Assembly (NCBI RefSeq): GCF_001194135.2
Contig: NC_068982.1
Span: forward strand, 131,567,871 to 131,631,870
Reading direction: 5' to 3'
From: Octopus bimaculoides
Lineage: Eukaryota
Length of the DNA: 64,000 bases
Positions 26,446 to 39,938 of this stretch are shown piece by piece. The translations under genes were made by a program, and so were the position numbers. The notes beneath the pieces were generated by a model. It worked only from the letters and a program-made list of their open reading frames with translations, ran no database searches and was not told where the DNA came from. Each line of letters begins with the position of its first letter. Within the stretch, counting starts at the first letter, position 1.

Positions 26446-27821
26446 CACATATATATATTTACATAGGCATGCATCGATATACACATATTCACTAGCGCGC
26501 ACATGCACACACACAAACGCGCGCACACACACACACTCTCAAACGCACGCACACTCACACAAACGCGCGCTCGCGTGCACACAAGTATATATACTCGCTC
26601 GAGACTGATGAATTTATTCTGTCACCGTTCAAGCGACAAAAGTCCTGGCGAGTGTGATCTAATTGAACGTCACTGATCCATGAGACGAAAGGTGGCTGAC
26701 GCTCAGATGAGCAACTTTGCCATGAACATCATATACTGGACTCAATAATGATGATATAGACCCACTTGAAAAGAAAAAAATGGGTTAGTCACGGGTGAAA
26801 TACTTTTGACCAATGACTTGGTTCATCGGTGCTGACCTTGGGCTAAACAAAAACACACGCATGCATACATACACATATACAATAACAGATGGATGTGTAA
26901 CAATGATATACAAACATACGTACATACATATGCACATACATGCATACATAGATTTGTACATGCAAACATACACACATACATACATAAGTACGTACCTATA
27001 TACATACATACATACATACATACATACATACATACATACATAAATACATACATACATACATATATATAAATAACAATACCCTGTTGCTGATGTTGAAATT
27101 CCAACGAAAGAGCCTTGGATCTAGATTAGAAACCGATTCTTTCTTTATTGGCAAGATATTTTGAAATAAAAAGAATAATGACATACATACATACATACAT
27201 ACATACATACATACATACTGGTAGAATAGGCCTTGGTAAAATATAGTGCCCGTAAATTTGATAAAATAATTTCAGGTCAGAGAATAGAAAGATCTGTTAT
27301 AGAAAGCAATTATCTAATTGATGTTTACAGCATTAACAAAATGTAATGAGATCTTTAGATAGCACAGGCCAACAAAAAGTTTTTTTTACTGTTGTCAAAA
27401 CATTTGGACCTGATGTAGGTTTTTTTGAACACACAAAATCCGAAAATGACATCGATCTATTACCATCACATCAAGGTTTTAAGATACTGATCCATTGAAT
27501 TTAATTTGTTTTCAATAAAACCGCTTACGAAGAATGAGACATAATATAGAAATTGTTTTTTCTTCGAAATCAGAATGTGTTCTTAAAATCCTACTGTAAA
27601 ACTAATAAAAAATTTTAAATTTCTATAAATTACACCATTGTTTATGCTTGATAACCTATGGATTTGCGTTCGGATGATTTTCTTGACTACTGAACCTCAG
27701 GAATATCACAAGCCAAGTTCTAGTAATAGTCACCATCTTATGCAAGTCCAATCTGCGTCGATGCCTTTGTTCCATTGATTTTATGGCCTAAACGAAAACG
27801 CTTTCCCTTCAATATTTTCAG

Positions 27822-27948
27822 GTAATTTATCAAGGTGACTGTGGAGAAAGAGAGGCTTTATGCTCATTAAGTCTGAATGCTTTACAGATGAGACTAAACT
27901 GCGAATGCACTGCGATATGTATTCAAGACCGATGTAGAAAGAACAGAG
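27822..27948 (+). CDS. Candidate Cys-rich exon (VIYQGDCGEREALCSLSLNALQMRLNCECTAICIQDRCRKNR)
   Basis: CAATATTTTCAG| acceptor and GAG|GTATAA donor. 127 nt, phase 0 to 1, stop-free, GC above flanks. Could instead be a transposon CXC-domain remnant. Confidence 0.38.
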
Positions 27949-28039
27949 GTATAATTAGTTCCATTGAGAGACGGTATCGGTAATAGTTTTCGCAATCTAC
28001 GATACTTAGACGACTTAAATCTATCTATCAAATTTCATA

Positions 28040-28042
28040 TGC

Positions 28043-28104
<62 letters not shown>

Positions 28105-28106
28105 TG

Positions 28107-28190
<84 letters not shown>
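28040..28190. repeat. (CTAT)n microsatellite, about 150 bp
   Basis: Read directly from the sequence. Confidence 0.95.
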
Positions 28191-28233
28191 GGCTAGCTAG
28201 CTAGTTAGCTAGCTGTATATATACAAATATATA

Positions 28234-28575
28234 TACTCTTTTATTCTTTTACTCGTTTCAGTCATTTGACTGCGGCCATGCTGGAGCACCACTTTTAGTC
28301 AAACAAATCGACCCCAGGACTTATTCTTTGTAAGCCTGGTACTTATTCTATCGGGCCTCTTTTGCCGAACTGCTAAGTTACGGGAACGTAAACACACCAG
28401 CATCGGTTGTCAAGTGATAGTGGTGGGAGGACAAACCCCCCCCACACACACACAAACACACAAATAAATATATACAACGGGCTTCTTTCAGTTTCCGTCT
28501 ACCAAATCCACTCACAAAGCTTCGGTCGGCTCGAGTGGTTGGTAAGCAAATTACTTACTACATAGCCAGTCCTGC
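28234..28575 (-). mobile_element. SINE family 2 copy with an internal deletion of about 70 bp near the head
   Basis: High identity to 49701-50130. It jumps from GGCTCGAG to TGGTTGGTAAGC, lacking the GCTATAGTAGAAGACACTTGCCC..GAACC segment. Confidence 0.92.
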
Positions 28576-29641
28576 ACCTATATATGTATTATTATAATAT
28601 AATATATTATATTATATTATGTTAAGTTATATTATATTACATTATGTTATATTATATTATATTATATTATATTATATTATATATTTATTGGTTTAGTTGA
28701 TATTTTTTCTGCAGTCTCGAGTCGCATGTGCAAGTGTGCAAATATGTCAAAAGCTACATCCATCCATTTAAAATCTAGAATGAATAGTAACAAGCAAACA
28801 ATAGCATTTTCTCATTATATCGTAACTGTAAGAATTAGAGGTTAGGTTGTTGGAATTAATGGTCCCTGGGAATTAAATGAATTTTCTTTTCCATCGTCTA
28901 ACTGATTCATATTTTTAGAATTATTCCGTTTGTAGAAATATTGTTCCATAAGGTAAGAATATAATCAATACCAAAACTGCTAAATTATTAATTACTAATC
29001 CTCCCAATGATAAAATTTCACACTGTTTCGAAAATAGAACTGTTACAATTGATTATTCTCATAAGCACACATACAGTCGTATACACATATGAGCATGCAC
29101 ACACACATAACATACATATATACGTATGTGTATATATACAGTTACACATTCACACTCACATACATACACGTCTGCACATACACACATTCATAAAAACACT
29201 CCAACAGTTTAGCTAACAAAAGCTTATACATCTGTTGCAGACATGCAACAAATGTGAATGGAATGTGGACTCATATACATTAAAACAGAAATCCACATTT
29301 GTAATGATATGTGCGACCGTACGTAAATACATTCATTCATTCATTCATTCATGCATTCGTCCATCCATCCATCCATCCATCCATCCATCCATACATCCAT
29401 ACATACATACATACATACACACATACATACATACTCCACCAGGCAGTTTTATTATTTGTTTACGCTTGCATGAAATTTAACTTTATGAAATAAAAGGAAA
29501 AGGGCTGATAAATTTATATAATAATTTTATATAAGGTAGGGTCTCAGAGACATGAAATGCATTTCAAGAGTTCCCGAAGATTGGGAAATGCAGCCATTGG
29601 TGTCATAAAGCGTGGAACAACACTTTGGTTCCCATAATGCA

Positions 29642-29995
29642 GCCGAGCTGGCAGAATCGTTAACACGCCGGGCGAAATGCTTAGCGGTATTTCGTCTGCT
29701 GCTACGTTCTGAGTTCAAATTCCGCCGAGGTCGACTTAGCCTTTCATCCATTCGGGGTCGATTAAATAAGTACCAGTTACGCACTGGGGTCGATGTAATC
29801 GACTTAATCCGTTTGTCTGTTCTTGTTTGTCCCCCTCTGTGTGTAGCCCCTTGTGGGCAATAAAGAATAAGAATCGTTAGCATGCCAGGTGAAATGCTTA
29901 CAGGTAGTTCGCCGCCTTTACTTCCTGAGTTCAAATTCCGTTGAGGTCAGTTTTGTCTTTCATCCTTTCGGGGTCGATAAAATAAGTACCAGCAG
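29642..29995 (+). mobile_element. Young SINE family 1 (tail A) nested in the head of an older family 1 copy
   Basis: AGAATCGTTA duplicated at 29653-29662 and 29870-29879. A second, more diverged body runs from 29870 to 29995. Confidence 0.88.
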
Positions 29996-30627
29996 AACAT
30001 TCTACTCCTGGGTAAGAGTATAAAAACTGCGTCCCTCATCCAAACCACGTCGAGCCAGCGTAGCAGAGCAGGCTCATCAAACCGGTGTAACCTCAAGCTA
30101 TTCTCTGGTGTAGAGGATATGATGGAGCTTCGTCCTGCTGTGGACTGAGCATGGGCGATTTTAACTAGCCCAATGTAGTCCTAAATACACGGTGTCTCAA
30201 AAAGAAGGATGTGATGGCCAAGATCGGAGCGTCATTGATCAAATCACACTCGATTAGGATGGACCTAGTGCTAAACATCAACAACAAGAATGACCCATCA
30301 ATTTCAACAAACGACTTCAAAAACCAACACTTACGACCATAATGTTAGCTACGAAACACCTCTATTGACTTCTGATTTCAAAGAACCACAGCCGTCACTT
30401 TCAAGCGAGTATGAAATGTTAACATGTCCTAGGCTTTCGCGAATTGTTTTAGGTACCTATTTAGTCACGAGAAATCGTAGACCCTCTCAGGCTTCATACC
30501 CTTGACCCAATAGAACATCTAGAACGTGATGTCTTGAGAGGAGGGTTGCATTCAGTTGGTATTATATTTCAGTTAAGTAGACGGAAGTAACGTAGAATGT
30601 AATACCCCATTCAAAGACATAATGCAG

Positions 30628-30702
30628 TGCCCAGACCAGAAATCGAATCCATGATCCTATCATCGTAAGCCCAATATGACAACCATTGGGCCACGCACCT
30701 TA
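30628..30702 (-). mobile_element. Degenerate tRNA-like SINE family 3 head
   Basis: Reverse complement GGTGCGTGGCCCAATGGTT..ATAGGATCATGGATTCGATTTCTGGTCTGGGC parallels 1917-1990. Confidence 0.6.
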
Positions 30703-31562
30703 AAAAATTAAATTTCCTGTATAAATAATGAAAAGTAATAGTAGACATCTAGAACAAGAAAAACAACATGAGCAGCACAATGGAACTAACTCCAGCAGTG
30801 CTGACTTCCCATACAGGTAAAAATACTAAAGGTGGTTCAGCTGACTAGAAGAAAACAGTGTATTTAGTGAAGTGATATTATTACTACGATGACAACGACA
30901 AAGGCAGTCAGCCGATAGCAAGCTACGATCAATATCTTAAATATTCTTGGATTTTAGGCGCAGAACATAGCAGAAAACAATAGAAAGGCAAGTCTACAGT
31001 GGTAGGAGAACAAATCTCTCTTTCTCAAGGCTCTCCATTCTTACCTTCTCTCTTTTATCCAATTCTTGTATATTTTCTACTCTGTCTATTCTTAGCTTCT
31101 TTACAATATGCAAGCCAATACGTTCGAACTGAGTTTTCGAATTTTATTGCTATTTCTACAACTGCTAGTGGCATAGAATCTACGTGAGCGTAACGAATAT
31201 AGTTCATGATCCAGTCAACACACTGCCGCACCATTGCACGACAAAATCTTTTCTCCATTTATCGTCTTATAATCGATCGAATCTCTTCTACTTAAGCTAT
31301 ATTCCTTTATTTCCGTCTTAAGGCGAATATCAATGACGGAAACGTTCGATGTTTCAGTTCGTTTGAAGACGGCGCTGAAACGAAAAGGAATGGGGTGGAA
31401 AAAAAAAAGTATCGTCAAAATCCGTATTTTTCACTAACAGTTTAATTGGTGTGTGGTGGGCAAGAAATGGATTGCTTTCAAGGATTAGATTTTATAAAAT
31501 ATAACTAATGTAATAAGCAAATACATCGCTGAAACTTTAAGAAAACAAACAATTTCTGGTGC

Positions 31563-31675
31563 AGTATATACATACATACATACATACATGCATACATACA
31601 TACATACATACATGCATACATACATACATACATACATACATACATACATACATACATACATACATACATACATGC
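31563..31675. repeat. (CATA)n microsatellite
   Basis: Read directly from the sequence. Confidence 0.95.
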
Positions 31676-32156
31676 ATCTCTCTCTCTCTATATGTATATG
31701 ATGAATATACATGCGCACTCGCATATGCGAACACACACACACATAGATATATATATACTCCACAAATAAATATAGTATGTGTATACATTATATATGTGCA
31801 TAAACTCATATATGCACTTAATTTATACAATGTACACTTCTATATACATTTGGAAACTAGGAATTTTGTGTTGCATTACGTATGTGCATATGTGTGTGTA
31901 TGTAACTAAGCATGAGGAGCCTGTATGTATATATCCATCAAAGTATATACATTAAAGTGTATACGCATCGCGCAAAAGTTGCATAAGACTTAAATGTACA
32001 TGTTTTTCCCCACCCCCTGCTATAGAGACACCGGTCCCCATTTCTGGCAAACGAAAATTATCTCGCGAGGATTACTGTGTTAACGCCTGTCACGTTACCT
32101 TCCAAGTCTGAAATCTGGTCAGTTCGTACCAGGTCATAACACATAAAATCAGGATC

Positions 32157-32642
32157 ATAATGATGATGATGATCATCATCATCATTATCATCATCATCCT
32201 CAACAGCAACAACAATAACAACAACAGCAGCAGTAGCAGCAGCTGCAGCAACAGCAAAAGCAACAAGAAAATGTAATTTAATTATAAAGGCATTGATATT
32301 TTCAGCTGTCCATTTTTAATATACTGGCTGATGTGTAGCTGATTAGGATCGTGTTATTGAACAAGATGACCAGTATAAAGAAGATGATGATGACGACGAC
32401 GAGAAAGAAGAAGAAGAAGATGATGATGATGATGATGGTGGCGCGATGTTTATGAGCACGAGGATATGATGGCGGTGATAATGATGATGGTGATGGTGGT
32501 GATGAGGTAGTGGTGGTGATAGTTCAGGTAGTAACATTGGTGGGGGATAGTAGTGGCGTGTTGGATTTCGATAGTGATAGCGGTGGTGGTGGTGGTGGTT
32601 TTGGTGGTAGTCAAGCTGCAGCTGTTGCTGCTGCTGCTACTG

Positions 32643-32673
<31 letters not shown>

Positions 32674-32700
32674 AACTGCCGCTGCTGTTCAAAGTATTGT
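32157..32700. repeat. Compound trinucleotide low-complexity block (ATG/ATC, CAA/CAG, GAA, GAT, GGT, GCT)
   Basis: Read directly from the sequence. It produces the poly-His/Ser/Ala/Gly ORFs in the track. Confidence 0.9.
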
Positions 32701-32759
32701 TGATACTGAAGTAGTCCGCTGCTGTTGCACATTCTGTTTACAGTTCTCTGCTTGAAGAA

Positions 32760-33530
<771 letters not shown>

Positions 33531-34000
33531 AATAACAGAGAATGAAAGTAAATGATTATATGGGGAGACAGACTGCCGGATATATTGAAAAACAGACTCA
33601 CACACAGTCAGACACACAAATATATACGTATATTTGCACATACATGCATACATACGTATGCATGCATATATACATGCATACGCGCGCGCACACACATACA
33701 CACACACACATATAAAGCATATATATGATTCGTTTATGTATAAGTATGCATTTACATACCTATAAATATATATATACTAACACATGCACGCACACACATA
33801 ATATATGTATATATATACACACATTGGCACGCGCGTGTATACGTGTATGTATGTATGTGTGCGTGTATGTCTGTGCGTGTGTGTATGTAGGCCTGAGCCC
33901 ATAGGTGTATGCGCCTGTGTGTAAGTGTACGTGTGTATGTGTGTGTGTGTATGTGCATGCGAGTTTAGAAAGATAGATTGATTGATAGACAAATAGACAG

Positions 34001-34188
34001 ATTCTTTTCTACTCTAGGCTCAAGGCCCGAAGTTTTGGGGGAGAGGGGCTAGTTGATTAGATCAACCCCAGTACGCAGCTGGTACTTAATTTATCGACCC
34101 CGAAAGGATGAAAGGCAAAGTCGACTTCGGTGGAATTTGAACTCAGAACGTAAAGACAGACGAAATACCGTTAAGCATTTCGCCCGGT
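34001..34188 (-). mobile_element. SINE family 1, tail B, 5'-truncated
   Basis: ATTCTTTTCTACTCTAGGC..TATCGACCCCGAAAGGATGAAAGGCAAAGTCGAC..GAACTCAGAACG..GCATTTCGCCCGG. Confidence 0.9.
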
Positions 34189-34242
34189 GATAGACGAATA
34201 GACAGATTCATAGACAGACAGATAGACAGATAGATAAGTAGC

Positions 34243-34309
<67 letters not shown>

Positions 34310-35550
34310 GGAGGCGGGTAAGTAGAGAAGTGAGTGAATGAGAGAAGAAAAGCAGTACCGGAGTAAGTAAAATATATTTTATATTTTTATAAAAGTTGTG
34401 GAGAGAGAGAGAGAGGCGGGGGCAGAAAGTGTAGTTGTATGTGAAGTAGACTAGTAAATAAGGTGGATGAGAAGGTGAGAAAGATGATAAGAGCAGAAGA
34501 CAAACATTTTCGTAAGCAGAAATACCATGCAAATAAATAATGGAGCAACAGAGTATAAGTATATCAAGAGAGAATGAGAGAAAACGAGAAGAAGAGGAGG
34601 GAGAAGAAGGTTTACGAAGCAGCAGTATTAAGGGAGAGAGTAAAAAGAGAGAAAGTTGTAAAACGAAAGGAAGAACTAGATAAAGTGGTAAAGAAAAAGG
34701 AGGGCGAACGCTTAGGAGAGAGGCAGTGTAAGAGAGAGAGAGAGAGCGATGGTAAAAGCGAGGAATGGAAAGAAAGATAGACAAATACAGAGAGACAGAG
34801 AAAGTGGGAGGTAGAGAGGAGCAAAAATTGGTGGCGGGGTTAGTGTTGTAGGGTGTTGGTGGGAGTATACGGTACAAAAATAAATTCCCCGTTGTAAACA
34901 TTTCCTTCTCGGCAAATTCGATGATTTTTCTCAGTGAAGTCTAAATATGTCGGCTTTTGGCAAACCACAAGGAACCGAGGTGGAATCAACAGTTGATTTT
35001 TTTTTTTTTTTTTGTGCGTGTTTTTAGTAACTTCTTTCAATCTTGCTTTTCCTCTTTCAGATTTTTTTTGCCGAATCCTACACCGACCATTATTTTGTTT
35101 GTTCGTTTGTTTCTTATTTTCCTTTTCACTCAGAGAATGTACTTGATGCCTATAGATTGATGTTAGAGTTAGTATGCCATGAACACAACCTCCGCGAAAA
35201 ACGATCCTTACATAAACAATTACAACAGTCTCTAATCAGTTTAAAGTTTATTCCTGCTTACCATCTTGCCGACTTACAAAGCAGTTGCCTCTCTATTTTC
35301 CATTTAATTTTAAATAGAATATTTTTTAAAAAAAAACCCACAAAAACAAAACAAATAAAAATAATATAAGAACTTCAATAAAATGTTGTTTTAAATATAT
35401 TTATATAATCATTTATTTATTTCGTTATATTTTGCATGGTGCGGAGCTGCTTAGAATATAACATCCAAAACACAATGGATTGGTAACTAAAGAAGCGCTC
35501 CTAACATTCACACATACACGCGCGCGCGCACACACACACACACAGTTGCT

Positions 35551-35614
<64 letters not shown>

Positions 35615-38104
35615 TTTTCTCCCTTTTTATATGTGTGCATGTCCTTCCGACTGATTTGGACTACTTGGTTCATGGATTTTCTTACTCTACCCTTGGATAA
35701 CGTCTTTAAATTCCTTCAATTCCTTTAAATTCCAACGTTTGTGCACCTTTGATTACATATTTATGCTTGACCGCTAAATCCATAAGTCTTATTATTCTCT
35801 CNNNNNNNNNNNNNNNNNNNNNNNNNNNNNNNNNNNNNNNNNNNNNNNNNNNNNNNNNNNNNNNNNNNNNNNNNNNNNNNNNNNNNNNNNNNNNNNNNNN
35901 NNNNNNNNNNNNNNNNNNNNNNNNNNNNNNNNNNNNNNNNNNNNNNNNNNNNNNNNNNNNNNNNNNNNNNNNNNNNNNNNNNNNNNNNNNNNNNNNNNNN
36001 NNNNNNNNNNNNNNNNNNNNNNNNNNNNNNNNNNNNNNNNNNNNNNNNNNNNNNNNNNNNNNNNNNNNNNNNNNNNNNNNNNNNNNNNNNNNNNNNNNNN
36101 NNNNNNNNNNNNNNNNNNNNNNNNNNNNNNNNNNNNNNNNNNNNNNNNNNNNNNNNNNNNNNNNNNNNNNNNNNNNNNNNNNNNNNNNNNNNNNNNNNNN
36201 NNNNNNNNNNNNNNNNNNNNNNNNNNNNNNNNNNNNNNNNNNNNNNNNNNNNNNNNNNNNNNNNNNNNNNNNNNNNNNNNNNNNNNNNNNNNNNNNNNNN
36301 NNNNNNNNNNNNNNNNNNNNNNNNNNNNNNNNNNNNNNNNNNNNNNNNNNNNNNNNNNNNNNNNNNNNNNNNNNNNNNNNNNNNNNNNNNNNNNNNNNNN
36401 NNNNNNNNNNNNNNNNNNNNNNNNNNNNNNNNNNNNNNNNNNNNNNNNNNNNNNNNNNNNNNNNNNNNNNNNNNNNNNNNNNNNNNNNNNNNNNNNNNNN
36501 NNNNNNATATATATATATATATACCAGACCACATGGAAATCATTGGTGAGGTGTGTCTAGGACTCAGCATACCAATAATAATGTGTGCATTCAGAGAAGA
36601 TGGATGCAGGTCACGTGTTAAATGTTGACTAAAAAAATTACAGATTATGTAAGGAAATAAGTATTTTATTTCAAAGTCCTTTTTATAGGCAGCAGTAGTT
36701 TCTCATTGCAAGAAAATTAAAAATGTTTTTTCTCATTTCCAAGGTTGAAAAATCTTTATATTGATGAGAACGAGAAAAGAAAAGTAGAAAGAAAAATCTG
36801 CTGCATTGTTGAATACTGTGTTTTCAGTTTTATTGAAGATACGTTCTAATGAATATAGGGAGAAATATAAACAGACGGATTAAGTTGTCAGCTGCTCTCT
36901 TTAGAGAAACATATGTGAATGAAAAGCAAACTAAATAAAACGGCAGAAACCGAAATTGAAACCCATAGCATTTGTACGGCTCTGCGAAATTTTACCACAG
37001 CATCTCACAGACAGAATACGCTTAATAGATATGTAACAAAACGTAGTATTTAAAGCCTTATAACATGCTGGTGTTGTGAACACTGATACCACAACAACAT
37101 CAAGCAAGCAGTCAACGGTCAATTAATAATTACAGTATAAAGCGTCAAACTCTGTCAGGATATGTTGAAAACAAGACAGCAATGTTGAGAATAACACTAG
37201 AAAATGAGTGAAGCACACTCGAAAACATTTATATGTTAAGAGATTTTATATTGTATGATGTACAATAGCAAGTAAAATTTTCGAAGAATGGCAGCGAAAA
37301 TTGCATTGTTGACAAAAACATGGATGTACAGATGTATAATTGTATAGAAATGCAAACATATACATAAATTTTCATGAACATAAATATATGTAGGTCAATA
37401 CATGCATACATTCGTACGTATGTACTTCATACGTACATATGTATATACTCATTTATTATTTGTTTTTATATATATATATATATATATATAGATAGATAGA
37501 TATAAGGTTAATATATAATCCCCCTTTCTCTCTCTCTTTGTCGATATATATGTATGTGCGTGAGTGTGTGTGTGTTTGTGTGTTTGCACGTATATGTGCT
37601 TGCGTGCGCTGTGTGTATTACGTATGTACACGAACATTTTACTTGTAGCTATTCTAAAATTGCTGTACCTCAGCTGTAATTTACTGTCGAGGCTTTTCGA
37701 TAAAACCAATGAGAATTGTTGAAGCAATACTTAAGAGAAACCTAATGTAGTATTTCATCAAATTTAGTTGGATTTAGCGATTAAAAGGCAAGTCAGTTTG
37801 GGAAATTAGAAAAAAGAAAAGAGTAAAACAAATATACAACCGACATTAAATTCTGAAATTTCGGAGCTGACAAATGTTTCTTACAAAGCAACTAGATACC
37901 GTTTAATGATTGAAGCGTACCACAAAGATTCAAATTAGAAAAAACAAAATGTTTTAAGAACTTAAGTCATAGGTTCTGAAACTTCTGTTTAAATTAAAAA
38001 TCTTTAATCCATTTTACGATGTAATCATGTTATAAACTTGACTTTTCTTTGAGTATTCAGTCTGCTGATGTTTCGTTGTTATTCTTTAAACTAGCTTAAA
38101 AATA

Positions 38105-38335
38105 ATTCTTTCTACTATAGGCACAAAGCTTGAAATTTTGAGAGAGAAAGAGAGAGAGAGAGAGAGGATAATTCGATTAGATCGACCCAATGCTCAACTG
38201 GCATTATTTTATCGACCACGAATGGATGAAAAGCAAAGTTGACCTCGGTAAAATTTGAACTCAGAATGTAGAGAAAGAATATATGCTATTAAGCATTTTG
38301 GCCGGCATGCTAACTGTTCTGGTCACTCACCGTCT
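38105..38335 (-). mobile_element. Older SINE family 1, tail B-like, with (GA)n expansion in the tail
   Basis: Same core as 34001-34188, more diverged. Confidence 0.8.
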
Positions 38336-38429
38336 TAACTAGCTTTTAAAAAAAGAACGCTTGTGTAATATATAAAACCGCTTCCCGTAATTAATTTTTG
38401 AAGCAAAAATATACTTTATAGATATACGA

Positions 38430-38828
38430 TATTCTTTTCTACTCTAGGCACAAGACCCGAAATTTTGGGAGAGGCGGCATGTCGATTAGATCGACCCCAG
38501 TACGCAACTGCTACTTAATTTACCGACTCCGAAAGGATGAAAGGTAAAAGGTAAAATCGACCTCGGCGGAATTTGAACTCAGAACGTAAAGACAGACGAA
38601 ATACCTATTTCTTTACTGCCAACAAGGGGCTACACACAGAGGGGACAAACAAGGACAGACAAACGGATTAAGTCGATTATATCGACCCCAGTGCGTAACT
38701 GGTACTTAATTTATCGACCTTGAAAGGATGAAAAGTAAAGTCGACCTCGGCGGAATTTGAACTCAGAACGCAGTGACAGACGAAATACCGCTAAGCATTT
38801 CACCCGGCGTGCTAACCTATCTGCCACC
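38430..38828 (-). mobile_element. Young SINE family 1 (tail A, 38606-38828) nested in a tail-B copy (38430-38605)
   Basis: GACAGACGAAATACC duplicated at 38591-38605 and 38775-38789. One head, two bodies, two different tails. Confidence 0.9.
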
Positions 38829-39699
38829 TTATAGGTTTAAAATGTTATTACACTTCTTATATTTGATGGAAAAGTTGGAAAAATCGAAGTTGTGAGACCA
38901 CATTTGCTCATTTTCATTAAATGTGAAGACATAAAGAAAATAATATTTTAGAGTTGTCTTTGCTTCGCCGCGGGAAAAGCAAGAAAGAAAAAAGTTGGGA
39001 TGAGAACACGAGGAAGGAAAACACTTTGAGGTTTATAGAAACTTGTCTGTAGCTGATTTTAAACAGATTTAAAGCAAAGAGTATGACTAAGAAATAAATG
39101 AAAAATGAAAAGTTTTTTTGTTGACTAGAATGCCGCCATGATACAATTGGTACTATATATTTGATGGTCATCTACTCCTTTTTCAGAATCTGACCACCTC
39201 TTGTACTTACACCTTAGATCCAGACAATGTATTAAAAAGACACTCACATAGATTGCATATCCTATCTGGACCACCAAGAGCTGTAGTTAAGTTCTGATCT
39301 TTGTGGATCCTAAAATGTCTTTTGGATCCTAAAATGTCGTTTGAGGCCTCCGTTATAAATGATGACCAGACATTGGAAAGTCGCTTCGCTGGCGATGGCA
39401 CAACCTAAAATATTAGGTTCAATAAAGCTTGAAAAGCACTTCAAGACCCTCCCTACCCTACTGACATAACCCTGAGACAAAGCACACACACACATAAATA
39501 CAGAAATATGTACACATATACACTTGTGTATTTCTGTATTTCATGCATGTATGTATGTATGTATGTATGTATGTATTACTATGTACGTACGTATGTATAT
39601 ATGCATTTATGTACACCGTCGTCGTCTTGTATCGTACGCTATTACAGCATGTTGATAACACTACAGGGAAACCCTCTCCAAATAAATGCGAGTACTCCC

Positions 39700-39938
39700 A
39701 TTGGATGAAGCCATAGCGTTACTTCGTTCTGACTTTCTCACAGTGTTTTCTTGGCAGATATTGAAGTGGTTTGCCTTTGCCTTCCCCAACTGGATGGCCG
39801 TTGGTCCACAAGTAGCTCAACCGACCTTTGATAGGTCTTGTATTTAGTCCTGCTTGGTGCCCGGACTCCCGCCTCTCAGGATTTGCAGGCTACTCAAGTC
39901 GGGGAGTCGTTTAAATCGCCGACCACTTGGCCATGAAA
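39700..39938 (-). mobile_element. Probable tRNA-headed SINE with an RTE/Bov-A-like tail
   Basis: On the - strand: A-box TGGCCAAGTGG (39923-39933) and tail GGGGAAGGCAAAGGCAAACCACTTCAATATCTGCC, resembling the RTE-derived GAAGGCAATGGCAACCCACTCCAGTATTCTTGCC motif. A related degenerate stretch lies at 24259-24325. Confidence 0.5.

Noticed and set aside
32343-32755. Poly-His, poly-Ala and poly-Gly proteins (also 49251-49776)
   Set aside because: They derive from compound triplet repeats that are open in several frames on both strands, with no splice or start context.
39290-39480. Degenerate RTE RT C-terminal fragment (DGTT*NIRFNKA*KAL)
   Set aside because: Suggestive only. Too decayed to call without a profile search.
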